Part shown: one piece after another, positions 12,993-25,094 of the stretch | Layout: the number at the start of each line of letters is the position of its first letter | Numbering within the stretch: the first letter of the stretch is position 1 | NCBI RefSeq assembly: GCF_009914755.1 | Contig: NC_060927.1 | Source: the human T2T-CHM13v2.0 reference genome, Homo sapiens | Length of the DNA stretch: 64,000 nt | Direction: 5' to 3' (one strand) | Notes under the pieces: generated by a model | Told to the model about the DNA's origin: nothing | Databases searched by the model: none | The model's input: the letters and a program-made list of their open reading frames with translations, nothing else | Position numbers and translations under genes: made by a program

Positions 12993-13711
12993 AACCACAT
13001 ATTCTTTAAATGAGTCCATCACAAGGGGAGAGGTACTAGATCCAGGTTATGTGCCACCTCATACTTGCTCAGTCTGCCTGCACCCTCTCACTTGGGGCCT
13101 CAGCTACCTGCCCAGTATCCTGTTGGAATGGCCCAGGGAAGGCTCCTGTTCTTATGTTTCTAAAGTTCCTGTGGACATTCCCTTCCCTAGGGACAAAAGC
13201 CTAGGCTTGGTTGTACTCACTGTGGCATGGTCCATAGCAGTTCCAGCTCCTGGATCTGGACCTACAAGGCTCTGGCTTTCCCAGAGCTGCCCAGAAGGGC
13301 CTTGTACCACAATATAAAAGTGCAGGAAAGATAATAGCCCGTGGGGAGAACTTTGATCATTAAGTGATAGGAGAGGGGAAAGGAGCCACAGATAGTGTTG
13401 CTACCATTCCCCTTGATGGACCGTTCTTCAACATGGCCATCCCATGTGGCTTCTGAGCGACTGAGTGATGGTGTTATGTTCTGCTGGGAAGCCAAGGTCA
13501 ACTTACTGATGCACCACCCTGCTTTGGTTTCCCTTCCTTCCCTAATTCACGTCCCCATTTCTGTTACTCTTGCTACCCCAGGATTAAACTCCCTTAATAA
13601 AGTGTGAACACAATTTTTTCAAAGTGTGTCAATCAGGGTTGAATAGTTATAGCTAACTCTTATTTTGAATTGTAATTAATTTCAAAAACAAATAAGAACT
13701 TCGTAGGCTGT

Positions 13712-14098
13712 TGTGGTCAGTTCAGGCTGTTATAACAAATTACCATATACTGGTTATGGCTTATAAATAGGAGTTACCTATTTCTCACAGTTATAGAGGC
13801 TGAAAGTCCAAGATCAGGGTGCCAGCATGGTCAGGTTCTGGTGAGGGCTTTCCTCTTAATTATGTCCTCACCCAGCCTTCCTTGATGGATGCACACAGAG
13901 AAGAGAGCAAGAGAGATCTTGTGCCTCTTCCTTTTCTTATAAGGACATTAATCCCATCATGGGGCTCCACCCTCAGGATCTTGTCTAAACCTAAATACCT
14001 CTGGAAGATCTACCTCCTAATACTATTACATTGAGAATTAGGGCTTCAATATAGGAATTTGGGAAGTGGGATGTTACACAAATATTCAGTCCTTAGCA
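13712..14098 (-). mobile_element. MLT1A-type MaLR solo LTR
   Basis: 'caggctgttataacaaattaccata...aagtccaagatcagggtgccagcatgg...attcagtccttagca'. Confidence 0.85.
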
Positions 14099-16681
14099 CA
14101 GGCCATCTCCCTGAACAGTTTTGCAAAAACAATAGATTTCATCTTACAGTATAACTACTAGAACAATCAATGACAGCAATTTGCCTACAAGGTCATAGTG
14201 CCAGTGGGGTGGGAAGGACTGGAATTGAAGACCATCTATCTATCATTGGAGTCTCTTAGAAAAGTGTGCTATAGGGTGCTAGCTTTAGGTCAGTGGGTGT
14301 GGTTTTTTGGGGGGAAACATAAAAGTTTATGACAAGAGAGCTCAATGCACCGAAACATAAATTCTCTGATGGAAGTGGGCTTTGTGCATTCTCAGTCGTT
14401 AACGTATGTCCCTGCCAAATGCGTCACTGAAAAAAAATGAAAAGACCAATACATCACCGTGGGAATATCAACATTCCAAACCGTCAGCTAGGTATTTCTT
14501 TCAAGGTACAACATGTACCTATTCAACAAAATTTTCCGAAATAGAAATGGCACCAAGAGGGGAAACCCCTCAGGCATAAATTCATCACATATGCTCAATA
14601 CTCAATGGGATGTTTTCAAATTAAAATAAGGCCCCTAAAGCAGAAACTAACACTTTACTAGATGAAGTAAATTGAGGATATTGGCTGCTGAGAAGTTTTG
14701 GCAGGGCTTTCTGAGGTATGTAATATCAGTACAACCATATTGCCACATTTTCATTTCTGTTGAAAAACTTAAAATGCCTTTCAGATGCAGTAAGTTAAAT
14801 CTTTAATTCTCATCGCCTGTGGCCTCAGGAGCAAACCAGAACTTTTATATCCAGTCCGCTGCTCTATCTGTTGGGGGCAGAATTTTCAACACTAATAAAA
14901 TATTTTCTTATTCTCTGATTCAGTCGCAGCCCCAGGATTACTTTGCTGTAACTTTTCTTTGGCAGCTCATTTCCTTTGAGGAGTTGTTTGTTATAAAACC
15001 CAATGGGAAATGAATAATATATAAATTTTTAAGACTACCCCTATTCAGCTCCCTCATTATGGTCCACTGTGTTTTTAGGAGCATATGTGTTAGCGGAGTG
15101 TTTGCAGTATTCATAACTTGAACTTCTAATTTATGAGCTCTTAAAAGTACACTAAGCATCGGCATACTAATTATTAATATTGTGCTCTGAGGATTTTTTT
15201 TCTCTAGCTCTTATTGCAGGCAAAAGGAATGTTCTTAAAAGTAATATTCGGCAACTTCCAGACAAGCATGGCTAGGTCAGGCTGGAACATGGACCTCTGG
15301 CATTGATGTGTGGATAGTAATATCATAAGAAATTATTTATTACATGAAATGCCAACCTTGCCAATTTTTAAATGTTAATGGCCTTATGGTGAAGATAAAA
15401 GGTTTATACTCTCCACCTAGAGATTTCAGAATTTTGTAATCCTGGCATGGGAATGGTTTCATTATCTCATGAGTCATTTTTAGTTCTCTTTTAATTATAG
15501 GTGTTTATGAACTTTTATAAATTAAAAATCACAACTTTCTGGAATATTGTCTATAATAATTGAGTCAAAATGACTGAATTTGATATGCTGGATGTACGGA
15601 CTTCTAGGGAGGAAAGATTTCCCTGTTGGTTCTGGGGGAAAAAAAAGAACCAAAATAAATTTTAAGTATATTATATGGATTTGTCTAAGCTAATCCAGAA
15701 TGTTCAGCTGCATTCATAGGAAATCCTAATTTACTCAATAACTTGAAAATATCATCTTTAGCAAATTAGAACAAATTGCTCAGGGCCTAGCTTTTCCTAA
15801 GAGATTTTGCCTAAATGTCCATAAAGCTCTTAGTTCATTACTTAATTTTTATTTATTGTTTGTGAATTTTTTTTAAATGTTCAACTAAAAATATATCTCA
15901 TATTTGGATAATATTCCTTAGGGGTAGTTCCCATTGATTTATTGCATACTAATTTAAACATTTTAGAGGGCTAGCCTTAAAGTTCTTATTTTAGAATATG
16001 GTTACAACTTGCTCAAATTATTCATAGGATGTTACTATAGTTAACATGTTATGTGTATGTAATTTGTATGGATGATACTGCTAAATCTAGTAGTAATCAT
16101 TACCTAAACATGTGCTTAATATGAAAAAGCTATATGCTTTTCTTATCTGAAGTTACTTGCGATTTCAGGAGATTTAAGGAAATGTACTGCCTTATTAAAA
16201 TTGAGTACAGAGAATAAATAGAAATTCTTGTGACTGTGCATAATTTTCAAGTTAGAATTTTCATTAACCTCTTTGACAAACACATTTTCAGCAATGATTA
16301 AGTTGCAACCTAATAAAAATGCTAAACACAATTTAGTAATCATAGAAGCTAACTTTCTAACTTCCCACTAGTACAAATAAATGGAACATAGGTTTAAAAA
16401 TCACTCATATTACTATTATCAAAGGTAATTTTATCTTTTGGTATATTTATTTCTATTCTTTTATCTACACATAGCCTGTTTGTGTTTTTAATAGTGCAAC
16501 ATTAAAATATATCATGAAATTCTATTTTACATGATACTTATGCTGTAAATTTTTTTTGTGTAACTTCAAAGTCTTTGTTTACATAATAAAATGACTATAG
16601 AGTGTTACACAGCGGACATATAGTAATGGTGATGTGAAGATGCCAGGCAGTTCTTTCTTCAGAAAACAGTGTAAAAAGACC

Positions 16682-17714
16682 CATATTTGGAATTTGCCAC
16701 CTCTATGTCTTCTCCAGTGAAAAATTTCTTCATATATTTTGCCGATTTTCTAATTGTTTGTTAAGATTGTTTTGAGAGTCCCTTATATATACTAGCTATG
16801 AGTCCTTCAGGGAAATTCAAATTAAAACCACAATCAGATATAACTACACATCTATCAGAGTGGCTAAAGTAAAGAATAATAGCAATGCCAAATGCTGGTG
16901 AGAATGTGGAGATAATAATCACTTATGCTAGTGACAGTGAGAAATGATAGTCATTCTGGGAAATAGTTTGATAGTTTCTTTCAAAACTAAGCATGCAGTT
17001 ACCATATAACCAAGCAATTGCACTCTTAGGCATTTATGCAGCAAAATGAGAACCTATGTTCACAAATAATACTGTACACAAATGTTCATAGCAGCTATTC
17101 ATAATAGCTTAAAACTGGAAACATCCCAGATAACCTTTAACCAGTGAATGGCAAACAAACTGTGGTGTATTTATTCCATGGAATGCAACTCAACAATAAG
17201 AAGAAAATAACAATTGATTTCTGTCTAACTTGGATGAATCTCTGAAAAAGTATGCTAAGTGAAAAAGGCCAATGTCAGAAGGTTATGTAATGTAGAGTTC
17301 CAGTTACACAACATTTTGAAATGACAGACTTGGAGAAATGGTATACAGATTAGTGGTTTCTAGGGGCTAAGAGAGATAGGGGTGGAAGGGAAGTGAATTT
17401 GGTCATAAAAGGGATCCTTGGAGTTAAGGAAGTGTTGAGTAGCTTGACTGTGGTGGTAAATATGTGAATCTACATATATGACAAAATTTTATAGAACTAC
17501 ATACACAAACACACACATACATGAATACATGTAAATCAGGGAAATATAAATAAGATCAGTGGATAATATCAGTCAGTGTTAGTATCCTGGTCATAATATC
17601 GTACTGTAGTTTTTCAAAATGTTACAACATATAAGTAAAGTATATGTAGGATCTCTATTGTTCCTTACAAATTCATAATAACTTAAATTATATTAATAAC
17701 AAATATTTTAAAAA
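16682..17714 (+). mobile_element. L1MC1-like 3' fragment with 5' inversion (16682-16807 inverted)
   Basis: Sense L1 from 16808 'cagggaaattcaaattaaaaccacaa' to an L1MC1-type 3' end; the upstream 125 bp is the reverse complement of the immediately preceding L1 segment. Confidence 0.75.
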
Positions 17715-18443
17715 TTGGACTACTATGTCTGGCATGACTGGCAAAAACTATACATTTATGGCTTTTGTACATGGTTTCCCCCAGTGAACTACCCCAACCA
17801 GTCATACCAGTTTGAAGTAGATTATAGCACCAAGAGGACAGGAATATTTGACCTTTACAAACGAATTCTGGAAGTGAGAGAGATGCAAAAGTATTGAAGT
17901 TCAAAGTCCGAGTATAAACTTTCCCCAAATCCCTGGCTGACCCCAGAACTGCAAACACCAGCTACTGTACGTAGTAGGGGAAAGTATTTTCATAGTTTGA
18001 ATCTAGACCAATCAAATTGCCTACTCAAATGAAAATAATAAAACAAGCAAACCAATAATCCTCAGATGTCTCAGAGTCACTACGAGGTATAATCTACAAC
18101 ATTTAATTTAAAACAAGAAATTACTAGATATAGAAATAAACTTGATGGTGCTTCTTTGCCTGAGTTTGTGTGACAGTCAATGGAAACTGACACGGAATGG
18201 GCCTTGATGATATATTGAGCAGATAAACATTTCAAAGAGGCAATTTTAAATTCATTCAGATAATTAAAGGAGACTATAATATTTATAAATAAACAGATAG
18301 GAAATTGTGACAGAGAAATGTAAGCAATAAGAAAAAAACAAGTGGAAATTCTAGAACTACAAAGTACAGTACTGGAAATGAAAACTTCACTATATGGTCT
18401 CAAAAGCAGAGTTGAAATGACAGGATAAAGAATCAGTGAAATT

Positions 18444-18740
18444 GGCCAGCACAGTAGTTTACATCTGTAATCCTAGCACTTTGGGAGGCTAAGACAGGAA
18501 GATTGCTTGAGCCCAAGGGTTTGAGTCCAGCCTGGGCAAAAGAGGGAGACCCTGTCTTTACAAAAAATAAAAAATTAGCTGGGCACGGTGGCGTGCACTT
18601 CTGGTATCAGCTTCTTTGGAGGCTGAGGAGGGAGGATCACTTGAGTCCAAGAGGTTGAGGCTACAATGAGCTGTGATTGTGCCACTGCACTGCAGCCTGG
18701 GTGACAAAAGGAGACCCTGTCTTTAAAAAGAAGAAGAAGA
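18444..18740 (+). mobile_element. AluJ
   Basis: Full dimer with 'ggaagattgcttgagccc' J-type positions; possible TSD gaaatt. Confidence 0.9.
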
Positions 18741-19643
18741 AATTAAAGTTAGATCAGTAGAAACTATCAAATTTGAATAACATGGAAAAAAACATTTAGC
18801 AAAAATGAACAAAACCCCAGAAAACTGTGGAACAACATCAAACAGTTCAACATGTGTGTGAATGGGGTCCCAGAAGGTGAAGAAGGAGAGAAAGGGACAA
18901 AAAAATTTGAGGGAAGAATGGCCCATATCCTCTTAAATTTGCTAAAGAAAACCCACTAACTTAGTCACTCAAGAAGTTCAATGAAACCCAAATAATATAA
19001 AGACACACACACACACACCCCCACCAACAATCCAATCTCAGTACGCTACAGCAAGACACCTAAAAAGAAAACATAAAAACCTCAGAAAACCTTAAAAATG
19101 GCAAGAGAAAAACAATACATTACATGCAGAAAGTAGCAAGAGAAAAACAACAATATGATCAATTGCTGATTTATCACCAGAAATAATGCAGACCAGAAGA
19201 CATTCGACTTACATATTCAACATACTGAGTAATCAAGAAAAAAAAACAAAAACAAAACACTGGCAGCCAAGAATTCTATAACTAGTCAAACTATAATACA
19301 AATATAAAAATGAAATAGAAGTTTTTAGGCAAAAACCTAGAAAATCCATAGCTAACGGACTAGCAGTACCAGAAACACTAAAGAAACTTTCAGTGCAAGG
19401 AAAATGACACCAGATGGTAATGTGGATATGCAGAAAGAAATAAGAAGCGTTGAAAAAATATGGTAAAATATAAAAGCTTATACAAATATTTTGTTCTCTC
19501 TTTTAAATATTTTTGAAAAGACATTATAGAGTTTATAAAGTACATTGGTGTAATATATGTGAGAACAACAGCATGGAAGATAGAGGGTAAATGGAACTGT
19601 ACTGTTTTAAGATTCTGGTATTTTAATAAAAATAATAACTCAA

Positions 19644-19962
<319 letters not shown>

Positions 19963-20419
19963 TCAATATTAAATCTAAGAAAATTATCATGAGCTAACAA
20001 TGCACGTTGTTAACCCTAAGCAACCACTAAAAAAAATGCAAAGAAATATAGTTGAAAGCTAACAGAGGGTAAAATGACATACTAAAATATTTGTGGAAAA
20101 CCAAAGAAAAGCTAGGAAAGGAGGAAGAGAGGAATAAAAAAGGGATGAGAGAAAAAAACAAATAGCACGATGGCAGACTAAAATCCTGTTATATAATCAT
20201 ATTAAATATATGGGTAAATATTTTAAATGAAAGGCAGATAATATTGGATTGGATTTTTAAAAACCAAGATCTGTCTATAAAAGTTGTACTTTAAACACAG
20301 ACACAAATAAACTCTAAGTAAAAGGATAGAAAATGATACACACTATTGAAATAGTAAGCTTAAAAAGAGGGACTGGAAGGAAGGACATGGTGAGAGAACA
20401 ATTTGAAGAGTGCCGAAGC

Positions 20420-21163
20420 GTGGAAGTGTCTTCTGCCCAAAAGGCATGGTCTGAAGGTGGAACTAACTATGCCTGGCAGTCTTTAACCTCGGGATGCTAT
20501 TGGGGTATCCCTGAGTCCTACTGATACTTCTTCTCTTTTCATGCTTTGAGGGTCAAGAAAACAAGAAAACTCTTACACCATCAACAGCATCCTCATGAAG
20601 ATCCAGCCAAATTTGGTGCAAACAGAGCAGAACCTGACCCTGTAGTGCATCATAGATGCCAGCACCACCTTGTACATCAAGCCTCAGCACCTGGTGCTTT
20701 TTTAGAAGGATGGCACAACATTTTTACTTCTCCCTAGGCAACATAGAAGTATTTTTCATTTCTCAGGCTTGGGTCTATGACTCAGGGAAATAGAAGTACA
20801 TTTTGGTTCAGAACAACAAGGAGAAAACCACGCCAGAGTACCAGGTGTTAGTGAAAGGAGTGGTCAGTCCCAGAGCAATGCAGGACAAGAAGGAGGTGAT
20901 AGAAGGCAAAGTCTTGATGGTGAATTGTTCTATTCCAGAGGTAAAGTCCCAACATACTTCACAGCTGAAAAACTTGAACTAGAAACAAAAAGAGTCAAGC
21001 AAAAAAGAGAGAATACTTCTCAGAACCAGAATTTTGTGATGCTGGAATTCCCCAAATGAGAAGCAAGACCATGCTTTAATATTCCAATGTTAAGCTATGA
21101 TCGTTTCTGGGATCTGGGTGGTGACCTTGGAATCCACCAGAAGTCACCTGGCCACCACGGGGG
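20420..21163 (+). pseudogene. PECAM1: Processed pseudogene of PECAM1/CD31: 5'UTR, signal peptide and Ig domains 1-2 (exons 1-4 fused)
   Basis: Hand translation across frameshifts gives VLLILLLFSCFEGQEN-SYTINSILMK...QNLTL*CIIDASTTLYIKPQHLVLF*KD...VYDSGK*KY...NNKEKTTPEYQVLVKGVVSPRAMQDKKEVIEGKVLMVNCSIPE...YFTAEKLELETKRVKQKRENTSQNQNFVMLEFP..QDHALIFQC*AMIVSGIWVVTLEST. This is colinear with recalled PECAM1 (LEGQENSFTINS...NLTLQC...KPQH...NNKEKTTAEYQVLVEGV...VNCSVPE...QNFVILEFP). ATG at 20494; stops (e.g. 20512, 20643) and frameshifts; no introns. Confidence 0.92.
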
Positions 21164-21899
21164 GTCAGAGTCCTGCTCTCCTTTTCACCATTTTTTTTTT
21201 TTTGGTGGTTTCCTTGTTTGGTATGAGGAGAAAGAGCCCAAAATTGGAAAGGGGCTGGGGCTTTCTGGATGGATTTCTGTTCTCAGGACTTAAGACCTGT
21301 TATTAATCACTTTAACAATTTATATCGGTATTTTTCAAATTATTTGACTGTGAAATATATATATATATATATATATAAAATCTATATGTCCTAAACAAAA
21401 GTTTTATAAACAATACTTGCCTTTAATGCACATGATACATTTTGATATTTTCTACTCTATTGTAGTTTTTTAAAGCACTGGCCATGACAGTAAATTGATT
21501 CATTATGTAACCTGCAGTTTGGAAACCCAATGAGGGTCAGATACCAAGAAGCAGGGTCTGGAGGAGATTGTAAGGGAAGGCAGGCCAGGTCCTCAGCCTT
21601 TGCATTTGATGAGAAGCTCTCCACTTTTCTACCTCCACCAGCCCCCAACATCCAAGACATTGGACAAACAGGAAACTAATGAGGTGGCCTGAGAAATGCT
21701 CTCAGGAGAGAAAGAGGCTAAAACAGAGGAAAGCCTGAGTGAGTATCCAGGACAAACAGGTCCCCAGAAGCTCCCAGTGATCTATGGGGGTGGGCTAGGA
21801 CTGGTGAAGCTGAAAAGTTAGGGGAAGGCACACCCTGCTATAGACAGCTGCAAATATTCCCAAAGTAGAAAACCTAATTTGTCATAAATGACCTTATTT

Positions 21900-22084
21900 T
21901 GACACCTCTCTTCACCCCGCCAATTGTTTATGTATATAAAAATACCTCCTATTTCAGTGATTATAATTCATGTTTTTGGTAAAATTTTCAGAAAATATGC
22001 TACAATATAAAGTACTAAGTGACAATCACTCATGGTACCACTATTGAGAGAAAACATATGGTCTGGACTTTTTTTTTACCTATA

Positions 22085-22132
<48 letters not shown>

Positions 22133-22812
22133 TTTTGTTTCTCTTTGTTTTTACAAAAAATGGGGACATAGCAAACCTATTATTTTATAACTTTTAAAGA
22201 CACTTAATATATTACAGACTTTTGTCTAGATCAAGAAATATGGTTGTACCTCATTTTAGCGGCAACTTGGAATTCTATTGTAGGGATGTGCCATAATTTA
22301 TTTACCCCATTTTTAAAAATGGATATTTAAGTATTTCCCAGTTTTTTGCTATTAAAACAATCCTGCAATGCACATGTCTATATTTATATCTTGTGTACTT
22401 TTGCAAGTAATTTATTATTATTATTATTTATGGAGTTAATTCTTAGCACTAAAGTTGTTGATGCAAATATTTCATACATTTTCAATATTGATATATATTG
22501 CCAAATATCTCCTCCAAATAGTTGAATACTGCCATGAAAAGTGAGTTTATTTTCCAAATATTTCCCAATACATACTATTATCAATGCTTTATTATTTTTC
22601 CCAATCAAATTAAGGCACAATGATATATCATTAGTATTGTGATTTGTATTTTTTTTAGGTTTTAGTGAGGTTAAGTATGTTTCTTATGTTTATTGGTCTA
22701 TGCTATTTTCCCCTATAAACTGCCTGTTCATAAATACTGCCCATTCTTACTATTTTGATTTATTTGTTTGAGCCCTTTGTGAATTAAAGAAAATAACTCT
22801 TTGTCAGAGATA
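21900..22812 (-). mobile_element. Very old L1M (L1ME/MC-type) 3' fragment
   Basis: 'ctattgtagggatgtgccataattta...ttttgctattaaaacaatcctgcaatg...tattgccaaat...gtgaggttaagtatgtttc' reverse L1 motifs. Confidence 0.7.
22088..22128. repeat. (CA)n microsatellite, ~20 units
   Basis: Direct reading. Confidence 0.95.
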
Positions 22813-22879
22813 TGATGAAAAAAAAGAAAATATAAATGGGATATATGAATATCATGTAAATTACACTTTAAAGAGAGTT

Positions 22880-23130
22880 GGTTGAAAGCTCTAATGTATA
22901 ACATGAAGACTATAGTTAATAATAATGCATTGTATTCAGGATCTTTGCTAAATAAGAAAATTATAGCTGCTCTTGCTATAGAAAGGAAAATGGGTAACTA
23001 TGTGACCTAATAGATATGTTAATTTGTTTCTCTATAGTAAACATTTAACTATATATATATATATGTGTATTTTATAAAATCAGGTTGTATGTTTTAAATA
23101 TTTACAATAACACTTATTTAAAAAGAAAAC
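22880..23130 (+). mobile_element. L1MA 3' end fragment
   Basis: 'gactatagttaataataatgcattgtattcagga...gggtaactatgtga...gatatgttaatttg'. Confidence 0.75.
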
Positions 23131-23425
23131 AAGATTTTTTTCAATCCATGAAAAAAAGATAAAGTAGTATTAGTAGACGAAGAGGGATATTTGATTAAAA
23201 AAAGAATCAGTATAACAGGAACAATGGTTCTATAAAACTGTTATAAAAGTCTGTGTACCCAGTAACAGAGCTCCACATTGCATGAAGCAAAAACTGTCAG
23301 AATTGAAAAGATAATAGACAATTTAACAATTATTAGCAAGTATAGTTACAAATTTCAAAACTCCTTTCTCAGTAATTAGAACAAATAGGTAAAAAATCAG
23401 TAATGATATAAAAAAATTTGCATAG

Positions 23426-24487
23426 TATCAGGGGAAACAGCCCCCAGTATTTTAACGTAGGTTCTTTTCTATTTTCCCTAAATGTCAGCCGGTCTGAGAA
23501 ATAAAGAGAAAGAGTACAAAGAGAGAAAGTTTACAGCTGGGCCTCCAGGGGTGACATCGCATATTGGTAGGACCGTGATGACGACCTGGAGCTGCAAAAC
23601 CAGCAAGTTTTTATTAGGGATTTTAAAAGGGGAGGGGGTGTATGAACAGGGAGTAGGTCACAAGGATCACATGCTTCAGAGGACAATTAAGATCACAAGG
23701 CAAAGGCAAAATTAGAATTACTGATGAGGGTCTATGTCCCGCTGTGCAGGTATTGTCTTGATAAACATCTTAACAGGAAACAGTGTTCAAGAGCAGAGAA
23801 CTGGTCTGACTAGAATTTACCAGGCTGGAGTTTCCCAATCCTGGTAAGCCTGAGGGTACTACAGGAGACCAGGGCGTATTTCAGTCCTTATCTCAACTGC
23901 ATTAGACAGACATTCCCAGAGCAGTCATCTACAGACCTCCCCGCAGGAATGCATTCCTTCCCCAGGGTTATTCCTTGCTGGGAAAAGAATTCAGCGATAT
24001 CTCTCCTACTCACACATCCACTTATAGGCTTTCCGCAAGAAGAAAAATATGGCTCTATTCTGCCTGACCCTGCAGGCAGTCAGACCTTATGGTTATCTTC
24101 CCTTCTTCCCCAAAATCACTGTTATTCTGTTCTTTTCAAAGTGCACTAATTTCATATTGTTCAAACACACATGTCTTAAAATCAGTTTGTACAATAGTGA
24201 TCCTGAGGTGACATCCTGAGGTACATTCTCAGCTGATGAAGATAATGAGATTAAGAGATTAAAGTAAAGACAGACATAAGAAGTTATAAGAGTATTATTA
24301 GGGAAGTGATAAATGTCCATGAAATCTTCACAATTTATATTCAGAGATTGCAGTAAAGACAGGCATAAGAAATTACAAAAGTGTTAATTTTGGGAACTGA
24401 TAAATGTCCATGAAATATTCACAATTTATTTTCTTTGCCTCGGCTGCAGCTGGTCCCTCCGTTCAGGGTCCCTGACTTCCTGCAACA
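23426..24487 (-). mobile_element. MER11 solo LTR (HERV-K11/HML-8)
   Basis: Ends in gtccctgacttcctgcaaca (reverse of TGTTGCGGGAAGTCAGGGAC); perfect 6-bp TSD GCATAG at 23420-23425 and 24488-24493. Confidence 0.92.
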
Positions 24488-24492
24488 GCATA

Positions 24493-24806
<314 letters not shown>

Positions 24807-25094
24807 GGTTTGAACAATATGAACCAACATAAAGAAACTGGCATTTATAAAATAGTTTATGCCTAAACGGAATAATATATATTCTTTTCACAAACACATG
24901 GAGCATTCACTAAGATATACCAAATGCAGGGTCATAAAACAAATGTCAACAAATACAAAAATATTTAAATCATATGATGTTTTCTCTATAATAGAATTAA
25001 ATTATGAATTTATAACTGAAAATCATCTGGAAAATCACCCAAATATTTGGACAATAAAAAATACAGTTATATATAACCCATGTTCAAAACAAAG

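Larger units (their letters stand above)
21164..22820 (+). other. Putative retained PECAM1 intron-4 segment of the retrocopy, ending in ATTAAA (22783-22788) and an A-tract (22818-22825)
   Basis: Starts with phase-1 donor G|gtcag exactly at the end of Ig domain 2; the host L1 resumes only at ~22821. Confidence 0.65.

Noticed and set aside
13000-13610. 118-aa ORF / possible old ERVL LTR
   Set aside because: The ORF starts within an L1 fragment and has no homology I recognise; the LTR assignment is not supportable.
20333-20737. ORFs 20333-20524 and 20546-20737 as novel peptides
   Set aside because: They are out-of-frame readings over the PECAM1 retrocopy.
20420-21163. Functional PECAM1 gene or segmental duplicate
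   Set aside because: Introns 1-3 are absent and there are multiple stops and frameshifts; the second Cys of domain 1 is lost.
24240-24430. Internal ~90-bp direct repeat (gataaatgtccatgaaat..tcacaatttat) as a CRISPR-like array
   Set aside because: Only two copies, inside the MER11 LTR, whose consensus I recall has such repeats; eukaryotic context with no cas genes.
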